This document shows positions 38,374 to 48,417 of a stretch of DNA of 64,000 nucleotides, one piece after another; the stretch's first letter is position 1, and each line of letters begins with the position of its first letter. A program made the translations under genes and the position numbers. The notes under the pieces were generated by a model, which saw only the letters and a program-made list of their open reading frames with translations, did no database searches and had not been told where the DNA came from. Location of the stretch: positions 1 through 64,000 of IMG/VR virus record IMGVR_UViG_3300031853_000025. One strand, 5' to 3'. The DNA is from a virus. Its lineage: Duplodnaviria; Caudoviricetes.

Positions 38374-38885
38374 AAGAATGCACTCCTAGCTGGCGTTCTA
38401 ACTACATAACTAGTTAGTTGTTGCCCGCTGCATACTTTCTCATGTAGCATTAAAAATGTATCCATATACTTAATGATGTTTGATACATCAAATAAATCTG
38501 TCTCATTTATAGACTTGAGATTGTCTAAGTCTTCTTTTAAGAAGACTAAATTACATCTCACACCGAAGTAGAATAGGAAACTATGAATGATTGTTTCTAC
38601 TATGGGAATATCGATTTTACGGTCGAATATAATAACTACATCCGAACCATTATATGCTTCAACAATTAACCCAAAGAGTTCATAAAATAACCCTTCGGAT
38701 TTCTGAAATAAAGCGTCATGGAATTCTTTATCAAACTCAATGGAGTCTGAACTAAAATGCCTTAATACGGATAAGGCATTATTAAGATAATCCATATTAT
38801 TAATATCGAACACCATTGGATTGTCTTTTAGTTCTTCTAAGAGAGAGTTAGCTATTTCTCTTTCCGAGAAGCTGATTGTCATCAT
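38367..38885 (-). CDS. Hypothetical protein
   Basis: 172 aa ORF in the operon. Confidence 0.65.
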   Translation of the reverse strand: MMTISFSEREIANSLLEELKDNPMVFDINNMDYLNNALSVLRHFSSDSIEFDKEFHDALFQKSEGLFYELFGLIVEAYNGSDVVIIFDRKIDIPIVETIIHSFLFYFGVRCNLVFLKEDLDNLKSINETDLFDVSNIIKYMDTFLMLHEKVCSGQQLTSYVVRTPARSAFLW

Positions 38886-39594
38886 TCATAACACCCCATT
38901 CAAATGCTGGCATCTTATGTGTCTGTAGAATACCACCATTAATTTTTCTATGCAAAAATAGCTTTGCATAGTAATTTCTCATTTCTGGAGACAGCATATT
39001 GTACTTATCCCCATATACTGAATACAAAATATAAGATTCAGATTCCGGAGGAAGTCTAGTATACTGATTTTGTAAAACTACATCAACAGTTCTAAGATCT
39101 ACTACACCAACATTTAACAATCGTAATGCTGCACCAAGCACTGAGTATTCACTATTCTCAATACGATATGTGATATCCGTATCTCGGAATGTACGCCCTA
39201 GAGAACGATTTTGAATATACATCATCATTGCCGTAAAAAACGGAAAATCTGGATTCATCATATCATTCAATCCAACGTACATAAAAATCTGATTATGCAT
39301 TGAGGATAGCACAATCATATCCAGTGTTTGATTTAAATAATCATTCGATGCCAGATAATCTTGATACTGACAAATAAATGATTCAACACACTGAAGCTTA
39401 GTATAGCGACCACTTTCCAAGTCATTTATTAACTCATAAACTGTTTCTGTTGGCGGTAATAGTATAGGCAAAGAAATGACTCCGGGCATCATTTTGATAC
39501 CCGGGTCACAATCTTCACTGACTATAACCACTCTAGTGTTTTGTGAATGCAAAGCATTCACAATAATATTCATATCACTAGTGATTATAATCAT
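38848..39594 (-). CDS. Hypothetical protein
   Basis: 248 aa ORF in the operon. Confidence 0.65.
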   Translation of the reverse strand: MIIITSDMNIIVNALHSQNTRVVIVSEDCDPGIKMMPGVISLPILLPPTETVYELINDLESGRYTKLQCVESFICQYQDYLASNDYLNQTLDMIVLSSMHNQIFMYVGLNDMMNPDFPFFTAMMMYIQNRSLGRTFRDTDITYRIENSEYSVLGAALRLLNVGVVDLRTVDVVLQNQYTRLPPESESYILYSVYGDKYNMLSPEMRNYYAKLFLHRKINGGILQTHKMPAFEWGVMNDDNQLLGKRNS

Positions 39595-39610
39595 ATCATC
39601 TCATCTCCAA

Positions 39611-41509
39611 TCAATAGTCACGACGTTTCTGCTTTTTGATAATTACAAAGTTTTCTTCATCTTCTTTACCGTAGATATCTTCTTCCAATGCAATTTTAAT
39701 ATCATTGATTGCATTATATAATTTATCGAAGTACGGTTTCACTTCATCATACTGTTCTTTAGTGATGGCTAATTTATCCAAATTCTTTTCATCAAGCTCT
39801 CCGCCATCCTGATAGTTCATGCTAACCAAGAACACTGATGGAATAAATGAAGATACTAAATATTTATCTCTAACCATTTCTGGAGTCTGATCCATCTTAT
39901 TAATGAATCGAGTCACTTCCTCTAACGAGAAAGGGCTACCATTTTCATTCTCATCTAAAAATGCCTGCGTGTTTTCCTTAATAGCCTCAATTAAATCTTT
40001 TACATTTTCCATTTCAATAATCTCCTTTACTTCTTCAGCTTTACTAGTTATTTCATTGTCCTTTTCAGGTTGTTTTTCTACTTCAGCCTGAACTGGTTCA
40101 ACTACATTAGTTTCTTCCTCAGAGTCATCTAACATAAGTACACGTTTTCTCTTTGGTTTAACTACAGTTAAGTTTTTCATTTGAGGTTTTGTACCAGTAA
40201 GTTCTTCTTCTGTATTAGAAGAATCATCATCCATAACCATACGACGTTTCTTAGGTTTGACTACTTTAAGCGTAGTCTCTTCTTCACGTTTCTTCTTTAA
40301 TTCATCTTTATGTGCTTCATAATCCTGAAGCTCAGATTCATTTCGTGATAAGAATGTGAAGTTACTATGCTTTTTATCTGTATCAAGAACTTTGTCTTTA
40401 TCAATTGGGTCGATAGCTTTACCAATATTAAGAAGTTCTAACCCTCTTGATTTCTTAATACGAATAACTTCTTCTTCTTGAGCTTTGTTATATTGCTCAA
40501 TCTGATTATTCGTATCCTTGATCAGATTATTAACGATAAAATCGTTATAAGTCATTCCAGTTTTTTCTGTAGGATGATTCTTCTCATACTGTTCTTTAGC
40601 CTCCGGACAACTACTATCAAACATAACTTCATTAGTTTCCGGATCGATAAATTTGATACCCATAGTATTCTCCCTTTTCCGTGGCACACGCACTGCCAGC
40701 TTTGGTTTGCCTTTAAATTCAGCGGCTTTAGCTGGCCTACCACAATCCAAACATACTAAACTATTATAACCAGCGGTATATCCTATTCTACCGCCACAAT
40801 ACTTAAGATGCTTTGGATCACTCATATCTGCTATCCCTCGACAGTATAATGTCTCTGGGTCTATTAGATACATATCTGCATAGTCTAAAAGAACTGGGCC
40901 AAATCCTGGACGAACTCCCCAGTTCTTAAATACCTTAGTCCCAAAATCATCTATGACAAATCTCTTGATAAACTTCTGGATAATCTCATATACATCTCCA
41001 CGGATTTCCCAGAATTGATCAAGATTTAGAATCGGAATAACTCGTTCATATACACCAATATTACCATGCTTGTCAATATCAAAACACTTGCATACAAATG
41101 GTTTCAAATACTTTTGATTGACAATTTCATTTGGCATATTTGCTTTAGCAGCCCTGTCTAAAGCAACTTTAACAACGAACTTATCACTCCACAACGGAAC
41201 ATAGACAACTCGATTAGTTCCACAATGTCCTCTCTTATACCCCTTAGGTTTAAAGATGGAATCGAGAACCTCAAACTTTTGTCTAAATCTCCAACCACTC
41301 TTTTTCGTCAGAGCTTCGATTTCTTCGATTTCTTCTGGACTTAGAAGCATATCTACTGAAGGGCCTTGAAGTTCATCAAATGCGATTTCCGATGCGGTTC
41401 TATATCGCAATGCTTCATAAAGCCCTTCAACCCATACATACCTTAAGTCTATCTTTGTATGCTGCAAGTTATACCTTAGGTCATCAATTAGAGTGCTGTT
41501 TAGTTGCAT
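39611..41509 (-). CDS. Protein-kinase-like protein with a Zn ribbon and an acidic/low-complexity C-terminal half (632 aa)
   Basis: GHCGTNRVVY (Gly loop), FVVKVA (Lys), PNE, DDFGTKVFKNWG (catalytic loop), VLLDYA (DFG-like), YC...YC...CLDC. Start ATG 41509 behind GGGAGG. Confidence 0.7.
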   Translation of the reverse strand: MQLNSTLIDDLRYNLQHTKIDLRYVWVEGLYEALRYRTASEIAFDELQGPSVDMLLSPEEIEEIEALTKKSGWRFRQKFEVLDSIFKPKGYKRGHCGTNRVVYVPLWSDKFVVKVALDRAAKANMPNEIVNQKYLKPFVCKCFDIDKHGNIGVYERVIPILNLDQFWEIRGDVYEIIQKFIKRFVIDDFGTKVFKNWGVRPGFGPVLLDYADMYLIDPETLYCRGIADMSDPKHLKYCGGRIGYTAGYNSLVCLDCGRPAKAAEFKGKPKLAVRVPRKRENTMGIKFIDPETNEVMFDSSCPEAKEQYEKNHPTEKTGMTYNDFIVNNLIKDTNNQIEQYNKAQEEEVIRIKKSRGLELLNIGKAIDPIDKDKVLDTDKKHSNFTFLSRNESELQDYEAHKDELKKKREEETTLKVVKPKKRRMVMDDDSSNTEEELTGTKPQMKNLTVVKPKRKRVLMLDDSEEETNVVEPVQAEVEKQPEKDNEITSKAEEVKEIIEMENVKDLIEAIKENTQAFLDENENGSPFSLEEVTRFINKMDQTPEMVRDKYLVSSFIPSVFLVSMNYQDGGELDEKNLDKLAITKEQYDEVKPYFDKLYNAINDIKIALEEDIYGKEDEENFVIIKKQKRRDY

Positions 41510-43709
41510 CGTAAGTCCCTCCCAGCTCTTTGGTGACCCACATCGTATATTCACCATTTGAACTTAGAGTTTTATCATATTCCTCCTTGGTTATATCTTC
41601 TATCGTCATTGTACTATGATATGGGTCAAATTCTGGATTTTTGATCCAAGCATCGTCATCATCAGGCAGTGGACGATTTACCTGATTAAATTGCTCAATA
41701 ATAGAGTTATCAAATTCTACTCTATCTCTATTATAGGCTCTCCCTAAGTTATCTGGTGTATCAATACTTAAAAGACCTTTATTCATTGCCTCCTTAAAAG
41801 AATCATTAGTATCATACTCTGAAAGTAAATCAGACAAAGCGCCAATCTTAGTTTTCAGACCATAATTCTGAAGAGTTTCTCCAAACTCTCTATGGTCATA
41901 CATTCTCTCTAAGTGTCTTGGAACTTTAGCAGCTTCAGCCGCAGCTAAACCACTCGTAATTAAATCACCAATGATTTTACCACGCTTAGTCTTATCTGTT
42001 TCTTTCAAATCTTGAATCTCCATCAATCTAGCAGTGAACGGACAACGTCTAATATCAATAGCATTTACATAATGCTTTTGGCTATTACGCCATTCTAATT
42101 CAGACGCTTCAATGAAAGTTTGTTCAATCTCCTTTCTTCTTCTAGACCAGAATAACAGTCTCTTTTCTTTCTGGTTTAAATCTTTCTCACGTTTATCAAA
42201 TCTAGGAATATAATCCGGATAGTCTTCTGGCTTTTCTCTAGATAATTCTTCTGCTTTGATGGATGCTCTAGTCGCATATTCTGGACGTTTCAAAATTTCA
42301 TTAAATCCAAATGGATCTTCAGCTGTCACCTCTTCTAAAATCTTCTCATAATCCTTTCCAGTTTGATATGCTAATGCTAAAGCATAACGTTCATACGTAA
42401 CTCTCTGGGTTTCTATCATTTCCTTTCGACGATCAAAGTTAGCAGCAAAACGTTGAATCTCCTGCTGCTTATTTAATATAGCTTGGAATAATACACGATT
42501 TTCTCCTGTAAGATAGCTTCCGTATTCTCTAAACCATTGCCGATTAATAGAATTCTTATTGATTTCTTCAATCGGCATGGAATCAGCTGCTTCAGGATGC
42601 CTACGTACATTATACCGTTCCATAGAACGGTGTTCAAAATCCACAAGTCGTTGATTATAATTTTTGATCAACCAGTTTGTTTTAAGCATATTTATTTCCT
42701 GGTTAAACTCTTCTTGTGAATTATACGTCTTAGCCATTTTAGATAATTCGTCCAGCTGTTTCTGAATGTTCTGTAGCTTATAATTGAATTCTCCTACAAC
42801 ACGTTTATCAATCAACCATGGAGAATTCAGCTGTTGAATGATCTTTTCTCTTTCAAGCTGTAGATCAGCAGTCTGATTAAAGATCTCCTGCTTATGTTCT
42901 TCAGCATACTTTCTGGCTTCGTATGCTTTGAGTTCTTCTTCCGAATTATCTTTCGGAGGCTGAACGCTCATCTGTGGCACATATACATATTCCTGAAGAC
43001 GAGTTGGAAGAACAGCCGATGTTTGAATCGGCATATCGGCTTTAGGGAATGGTACAGTCTGATAGTTATGCTGAACCGGTTGGCCTACAGCAATCATAAA
43101 TTCATAATTTGAATTTGTAACCATCATCGGTCGTTGCTGCATATTATATAGATCGGTATAAATCGGTCTAGCATCAAACTGCCCAGTCTTTTGGAAGCTT
43201 TCAGTTCTCTCTGCGTCTTCATCATATTGAAAAGCTTCCGGTATTGGTTGACCATTTCTAAAATATGGTCTATTTGGACTAGATAAGAATCTAGTCCCTG
43301 GTTGGATTTTAAATCCTCCACCAGTCGGATCTAAACCCATGCTAAGACAACGATCTTCAAGCAGCTCCAATTCATGGAGCTGCTTGTTGGTGTTGTTGTT
43401 ATAACACATGCGTGCTACATCTTCATATGTGGAAAATTCATTCCATGGAGGAATAGGTCTTTCTAATCCACATACAACGCTATTTACGTAGTTTCTATAC
43501 ATCTCAGACAAACCAATATCGCTGTTTAATGGATTACCATTAACCATATATGTAGCCTCATTGTTTGACTGATTAATAGCTGTCTCAATGCTATCAGTAT
43601 CATAGATATCTTCTGAAATTCCTCCAGAAAAATCTCCTTGAGACTTAGGAGTGAATGTTGTGGGATTTGAATAAACATCAAATCCCACAAAAGCCTGTTT
43701 CTTCTTCAT
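41484..43709 (-). CDS. Hypothetical 741 aa protein with a coiled-coil-like middle
   Basis: Long ORF in the early operon, no recognised motif. Confidence 0.7.
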   Translation of the reverse strand: MKKKQAFVGFDVYSNPTTFTPKSQGDFSGGISEDIYDTDSIETAINQSNNEATYMVNGNPLNSDIGLSEMYRNYVNSVVCGLERPIPPWNEFSTYEDVARMCYNNNTNKQLHELELLEDRCLSMGLDPTGGGFKIQPGTRFLSSPNRPYFRNGQPIPEAFQYDEDAERTESFQKTGQFDARPIYTDLYNMQQRPMMVTNSNYEFMIAVGQPVQHNYQTVPFPKADMPIQTSAVLPTRLQEYVYVPQMSVQPPKDNSEEELKAYEARKYAEEHKQEIFNQTADLQLEREKIIQQLNSPWLIDKRVVGEFNYKLQNIQKQLDELSKMAKTYNSQEEFNQEINMLKTNWLIKNYNQRLVDFEHRSMERYNVRRHPEAADSMPIEEINKNSINRQWFREYGSYLTGENRVLFQAILNKQQEIQRFAANFDRRKEMIETQRVTYERYALALAYQTGKDYEKILEEVTAEDPFGFNEILKRPEYATRASIKAEELSREKPEDYPDYIPRFDKREKDLNQKEKRLLFWSRRRKEIEQTFIEASELEWRNSQKHYVNAIDIRRCPFTARLMEIQDLKETDKTKRGKIIGDLITSGLAAAEAAKVPRHLERMYDHREFGETLQNYGLKTKIGALSDLLSEYDTNDSFKEAMNKGLLSIDTPDNLGRAYNRDRVEFDNSIIEQFNQVNRPLPDDDDAWIKNPEFDPYHSTMTIEDITKEEYDKTLSSNGEYTMWVTKELGGTYDATKQHSN

Positions 43710-43714
43710 ACAAC

Positions 43715-44263
43715 TTACCCCTTTAACTTGGAGAAAAGAGTTTTCATAAAAGATTCTTTATCTGGCACCAAATTAATAATCTGATTAGCGATATAAAGAA
43801 TTTTATTTCTGTCTGTCTCCATTACCAGTCTAGCATATAACTCATTGATCTTTTCTTCTACCGTTCTAAAATCTGTTGCAGGAGAAAAGGTAATTTGATT
43901 AGTTACTCCTGTGTTTCCATACAAATTATTTGCTACAGATGGCTGATATGCTACCGTAGCCTTTGAAAATTCTTCTTTAGGCTGGTCTTCGGCAGTCTCT
44001 CTAATACCAGCAAACAATTTGAATGCTTTCTTTTTATTCGTTTCCGTTTTTACTTCTGCTGTTTTATTAGTCTCCTCTCTTCTTTCACAATTATCGTTTA
44101 AATTCGATGACGGCGAAACTACATTATTAATTTGAGTATTTTCTATTTCTTTTTTTGGTTCTGAATCGGTGCATTCATAACGACGACGATTTTCTTCACA
44201 TGTTTTCAGTATTCCAGAAACAGCGGCCGAAAGCTGATCATGTAAACTCTTTTCTGTAGTCAT
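43715..44263 (-). CDS. Hypothetical protein, first gene of the early operon
   Basis: SD AAGGAGAGG, early promoter at 44309-44327. Confidence 0.7.
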   Translation of the reverse strand: MTTEKSLHDQLSAAVSGILKTCEENRRRYECTDSEPKKEIENTQINNVVSPSSNLNDNCERREETNKTAEVKTETNKKKAFKLFAGIRETAEDQPKEEFSKATVAYQPSVANNLYGNTGVTNQITFSPATDFRTVEEKINELYARLVMETDRNKILYIANQIINLVPDKESFMKTLFSKLKG

Positions 44264-44308
44264 AATAAACCTCTCCTTTACATAAGTAAATAAAATAATA
44301 ATGGATCT

Positions 44309-44327
44309 TACTCACAAATATAATATA
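44309..44327 (-). promoter_or_regulatory. Phage early-type promoter, copy 4
   Basis: TATATTATATTTGTGAGTA. Confidence 0.65.
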
Positions 44328-44400
44328 CGGTTAAATATGAATTTAGCAATTGATATTTTGCATATTCATTTATTGCTTATTTACTATGATGATGAATTTA

Positions 44401-44429
44401 TAGGAGAAGAGCGTTATACTCTTCTCCTA
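44401..44429. terminator. Hairpin between divergent early promoters
   Basis: TAGGAGAAGAG/CTCTTCTCCTA. Confidence 0.65.
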
Positions 44430-44450
44430 ATAAACTTAATATTTTTTTCA

Positions 44451-44469
44451 TATATTATAATTGTGAATG
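44451..44469 (+). promoter_or_regulatory. Phage early-type promoter, copy 5
   Basis: TATATTATAATTGTGAATG. Confidence 0.75.
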
Positions 44470-44498
44470 ACCTGTAAAGATGAAAGGGGAGGCTCATT

Positions 44499-44678
44499 AT
44501 GAAGAGAAAAGATATAGAGGCGCTTACGTGGAGGGAACTTGTCGACGGGCAAGCCCCAGAACTGGAAATGTTTTTTCCAGAAACAATGTGGTATTATAAT
44601 GAAGCAAAAGATGAGGAGTGGAGCTCCTACTATTTTAAGAAAGAGAGGAGGGAGATATTAAAGCAATTAGTATTCTGA
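44499..44678 (+). CDS. 59 aa early-cassette protein, absent from the ORF track
   Basis: MKRKDIEALTWRELVDGQAPELEMFFPETMWYYNEAKDEEWSSYYFKKERREILKQLVF*. SD GGGGAGG, own promoter and terminator. Confidence 0.75.
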   Translation: MKRKDIEALTWRELVDGQAPELEMFFPETMWYYNEAKDEEWSSYYFKKERREILKQLVF

Positions 44679-44687
44679 TAAAATAAA

Positions 44688-44712
44688 GGGAATTGGATTT
44701 ACTCCAATTCCC
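44688..44712. terminator. Terminator hairpin, same family as 58884-58910
   Basis: GGGAATTGGA/TCCAATTCCC. Confidence 0.8.
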
Positions 44713-44724
44713 CTTATTTATTTT

Positions 44725-45195
44725 TTATTTTTCTGCGGCTAATTGAAGCCCCTTATTAATACAATCATATTTAAGATACTTCATAAAACGATCAAGTTCA
44801 CCTAGCTTAGTTGGCATCTTTGTATAATCATTTTTCGATTCCGCTGCTTCTTTAATGAAATGAACTTGTGCGTTAGGAATCGTAACCACATAGTCATATT
44901 CACTACGATCTTCGATATTGTTTTGAGCACAAATATCATCAAAGCATTTAGCAATATCCAAATCTTCATCTCTTGAATTTGCTGTTGCATAACGGAAGAT
45001 ATCATAAAGATTAATGCAAAGACATTTTTTACCATTTACTGAATTTTCAAATACAGGAATCTGTTCTGCTTCAATACGGTTCCTTCTATCAAGTGTAACT
45101 AACGCTTCAGTAAATTCTTTTACTTCATTAGAGTCTACACTTGTGTTTTCTACTAAAAACATATTTTGCAGCTCCTTCTTAATATCAAAATTCAT
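44725..45195 (-). CDS. Hypothetical late protein (156 aa)
   Basis: SD GTGAGG, late promoter at 45239-45250. Confidence 0.65.
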   Translation of the reverse strand: MNFDIKKELQNMFLVENTSVDSNEVKEFTEALVTLDRRNRIEAEQIPVFENSVNGKKCLCINLYDIFRYATANSRDEDLDIAKCFDDICAQNNIEDRSEYDYVVTIPNAQVHFIKEAAESKNDYTKMPTKLGELDRFMKYLKYDCINKGLQLAAEK

Positions 45196-45238
45196 ATATA
45201 ATAAACCTCACTTTCTTTTTTGTAACCTAAAATAGATT

Positions 45239-45250
45239 TACTATTATGTT
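45239..45250 (-). promoter_or_regulatory. Late-type promoter AACA-N6-TA
   Basis: AACA taatag TA. Confidence 0.6.
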
Positions 45251-45261
45251 TTTGCTATCAA

Positions 45262-46788
45262 CTATACGTCTACTTCAAATTTCCAATTTACTGTCGGTGA
45301 ATTTTTTAATGTATACATCCCATGCTTATATATAAGCATAGAAAACAATTTAGTTACATTTTCATCATTAAATCCACCAGAAAAATTATATAAATTAGGT
45401 TGATATGTTAGATTGTTTAAAAAATTAGTTTTTGCATTTTCTACTAAAGTCTGTTTCTCCGAATCTGTTTTATTAGCTAGTTCATTTATTTGTTTATCAT
45501 ACTCAGTTTTATCACCATAGTAATTCTTTGAAAGTTCACTATAATAATCCGTTAAATAAGAATACAATATTTCAAATATTTGTGCCGGTGAATGCTCTTC
45601 TAACTTACTGAAATCATAATAATTTGATTTATTAACAGTATACCAATCATAATTAGAAATGAGTGTGGAGTCGCTTAAAGTATAAAAATTACAATCATTT
45701 GTAGTTTTTTGGTAGACAAATGGTGAAGAAGATGTACTGTTGCCTATCATGAGTTTGTTATCTTTTGTTGAAAAATAATAGAAAAAGTTATTTGTACTGC
45801 CTCTAACTAATGGGTTTATTAAATAAAAATAAGAACCTGCATTGGTTTTTATTTTTTCAATTATTGAATCACTAGGTAATCTATCGCTAAAAAGAAAATC
45901 ACCAATATCTGCTAGAAATGTTTTTGTTGGTTCTTTTTCACTTAAATAAAAAAACTTTACAGTATCTCTATCTGTACCACTATAATCAGTGATTTTCATT
46001 TGTTCATTTAAAATTTTAAAATCACTGTCTTTAAGATATAAATTAGTTAATACACTGTTTCTTTCAAGCTCATTAAAATTACTCAAACCATTTGTTTTAT
46101 CTATTATAATACACATGTTTTGGGTATCAAATGTAGTTTCACCAATACATTCATATGATACATCTGAAGATGAATACGTAGGTATATATTTTATGGTAAG
46201 TTTCTTCTTATTACTAAAAGTTAAATTACTTATAGAAACATCAGATTTAAGATTTAATTTTATGCTATCAGTAGCAATATCTATACTAGAGAATAATTTA
46301 TCATTTTCTAAGTCTACATGATTACCTGTACTCCAATCAACGGTAAAATTCTGTTTAGTCATTACATATTTAGACGGAAATTGGGGAGGGGCGGTACAAG
46401 CTTCACCTGTTACATATAAAGCATCATTGGTTGAATCAATTTTTGCAGTATAAATATTAGATGGTAAATAACCGGATTCTAACGTTGGCTCAATTTTAAA
46501 TGAACTTTTTGTCATTCCTAGATCATCATTATGAATGGTTGTTAATTCATTATCTCCATCTAATAAAGAAATTTTAACACTCTTAGCATGTAATGCTGGG
46601 TCAATTGTGACCTTTTTAAAATTAAATACACTACTAAAATCTGCACTAGTGCTTGAAGAAGATAAATTCTTAATCTGTCCAGCCATTTCAGATGGTTTAT
46701 ATTTTACTACTGTGCCATTCTTTTCACGTATTGCGTCACCAATTTTGGTTAGTGTGGCTGCACTAACCAATACATTGTCGTTTGCCAT
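45262..46788 (-). CDS. Putative receptor-binding/fibre-tip protein
   Basis: N-terminal LTKIGDAIREKNG....KPSEMAGQIKNL motif typical of phage fibre attachment segments. Confidence 0.55.
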   Translation of the reverse strand: MANDNVLVSAATLTKIGDAIREKNGTVVKYKPSEMAGQIKNLSSSSTSADFSSVFNFKKVTIDPALHAKSVKISLLDGDNELTTIHNDDLGMTKSSFKIEPTLESGYLPSNIYTAKIDSTNDALYVTGEACTAPPQFPSKYVMTKQNFTVDWSTGNHVDLENDKLFSSIDIATDSIKLNLKSDVSISNLTFSNKKKLTIKYIPTYSSSDVSYECIGETTFDTQNMCIIIDKTNGLSNFNELERNSVLTNLYLKDSDFKILNEQMKITDYSGTDRDTVKFFYLSEKEPTKTFLADIGDFLFSDRLPSDSIIEKIKTNAGSYFYLINPLVRGSTNNFFYYFSTKDNKLMIGNSTSSSPFVYQKTTNDCNFYTLSDSTLISNYDWYTVNKSNYYDFSKLEEHSPAQIFEILYSYLTDYYSELSKNYYGDKTEYDKQINELANKTDSEKQTLVENAKTNFLNNLTYQPNLYNFSGGFNDENVTKLFSMLIYKHGMYTLKNSPTVNWKFEVDV

Positions 46789-46795
46789 TTATTTG

Positions 46796-47527
46796 TCACC
46801 TCCGAGAATAAAATTTCTCAATCATTTTCTTCTTGCATTCTTTAAGAAGATTAATAATTTCTTCATTAAGATCTTTAGAGTATCCATCGTTAATATATAG
46901 CTCTTTATGAGCTAAGATTTCTTTATATTTATCATAATCAAATTCTTTACTAGCTCTTTCGATTTCATTTAGCATATCATTCTGTTCAATTGTAAAGAAC
47001 GGTTTATATGCTTCTACAAATAATTTATAATTACCAAATACATGAGTTGTCGGAATAAAAATAACTCCATTATGAACTAACTCATGAATAGTTTCAGATA
47101 ATGGAATTAGTCCAACCATATTATTATAATGAAGCCACATGACTTCTTTAGCTACATTATCTTCATCTAATGGTTCACCAGCTGCTTGACGTTTACGAAA
47201 TACAATTAAGCAAATATCATATAGCGTTAATGGATCATGATGAATTTCAATTTTAATATTATTCGTTAAATTGTTCGATACGTTCATATATATAGTGCAT
47301 CGATTCATTTCAAAAGCATTTCTTAAGTATTGAATATATTCTCTGTATTCAATAGAACCACGGATAGTTTGTTCCAAGTACTTAATATATTTAGTAAAGT
47401 CTTTTGAGTCTTTAAACTCCCAGTCTTCTAGATTATATTCTGGAATATCAGTCATATTTAAGATCTCAGATGGCTCATTTGAATTTACAAATAATTGATT
47501 CATTCTAGGATCTCTCATTAAATTCAC
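46796..47527 (-). CDS. His-rich HNH-like protein, paralog of 36441-37106
   Basis: IEIHHDPLTLYDI...LHYNNMVGLIPLSETIHELVHNGVIFI...FGNY. Confidence 0.6.
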   Translation of the reverse strand: MNLMRDPRMNQLFVNSNEPSEILNMTDIPEYNLEDWEFKDSKDFTKYIKYLEQTIRGSIEYREYIQYLRNAFEMNRCTIYMNVSNNLTNNIKIEIHHDPLTLYDICLIVFRKRQAAGEPLDEDNVAKEVMWLHYNNMVGLIPLSETIHELVHNGVIFIPTTHVFGNYKLFVEAYKPFFTIEQNDMLNEIERASKEFDYDKYKEILAHKELYINDGYSKDLNEEIINLLKECKKKMIEKFYSRR

Positions 47528-47544
47528 CTCTAATTATAAAAAAT

Positions 47545-47567
47545 AAAGAGCCTAAGGTAGGCTCTTT
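47545..47567. terminator. Terminator hairpin
   Basis: AAAGAGCCTA/TAGGCTCTTT. Confidence 0.7.
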
Positions 47568-47576
47568 AAATTTCTG

Positions 47577-48329
47577 TTATAGCAGGTCTCCTAGAATTTC
47601 AGCTCTAGAAAGAACTACGTTATTGTATAATGATAAGCTACCATTATATGGTGGAAATGCTAGTCTCATTCCAAGAGATGGATTAGCTAAACTATTATAA
47701 TTAGATTTAGCAGTTTGAATATATTCTCTAGTCATCGTGTCTACGTATACATTATAATTCAATAAACGTTTTAATTCAGTCTTAAGTTTATTATAGTAAT
47801 CAGTAGATACATTAAAATTAGATGGAAAATTAGAACGAATGAATGCACTTACATAGTTCTTTTTAATCTCATCCGTATGACCATTAACGTGGATTAGTTT
47901 AATTCTTAAGCCTTGGGAATATGCTGCGTTCATAATAATAGCGTCTATTAATTCTCTATTTTTTAATTCATTACCAGATGAAGTCAGTATAGATTCATTA
48001 CCATTATTAACGTTTCTATACCAACCATATATCCAATCTCTTAAACTATAAACGCTATATTGAGAATCACTAAAAATAGTAAAAGATCTTTCTCCATATC
48101 TCATACTCAATTCTTTACATATTCTCATAGCCGCATAGATGGAATACATTTCTCCATAGTTATTCGTGCAATGCTTAAATGGAAATAGCTTTACATCTAC
48201 TATGGAGTCTGATGACTGGTGTACAATTACAACGCCTCCTACAACGATATTACCATTTCTAGTATCGACTTTACCATCGACACTAGCATCTGTAAATAAT
48301 AAAAACTTGTCTTTAAATATTCTATTCAT
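47577..48329 (-). CDS. rnhA: Ribonuclease HI
   Basis: LFTDAS, TNNYGEM, IFSDSQY, KNRELI, HVNGH, N.YVD. ATG 48329 behind GGAGGG. Confidence 0.85.
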   Translation of the reverse strand: MNRIFKDKFLLFTDASVDGKVDTRNGNIVVGGVVIVHQSSDSIVDVKLFPFKHCTNNYGEMYSIYAAMRICKELSMRYGERSFTIFSDSQYSVYSLRDWIYGWYRNVNNGNESILTSSGNELKNRELIDAIIMNAAYSQGLRIKLIHVNGHTDEIKKNYVSAFIRSNFPSNFNVSTDYYNKLKTELKRLLNYNVYVDTMTREYIQTAKSNYNSLANPSLGMRLAFPPYNGSLSLYNNVVLSRAEILGDLL

Positions 48330-48417
48330 AGAAATCCCTCCAATCATTTTAATAATATATGGTTTATCCAATATTTAGTCTCTATACACTAATTAGTGTA
48401 TAGAGACATTTTTGTTT

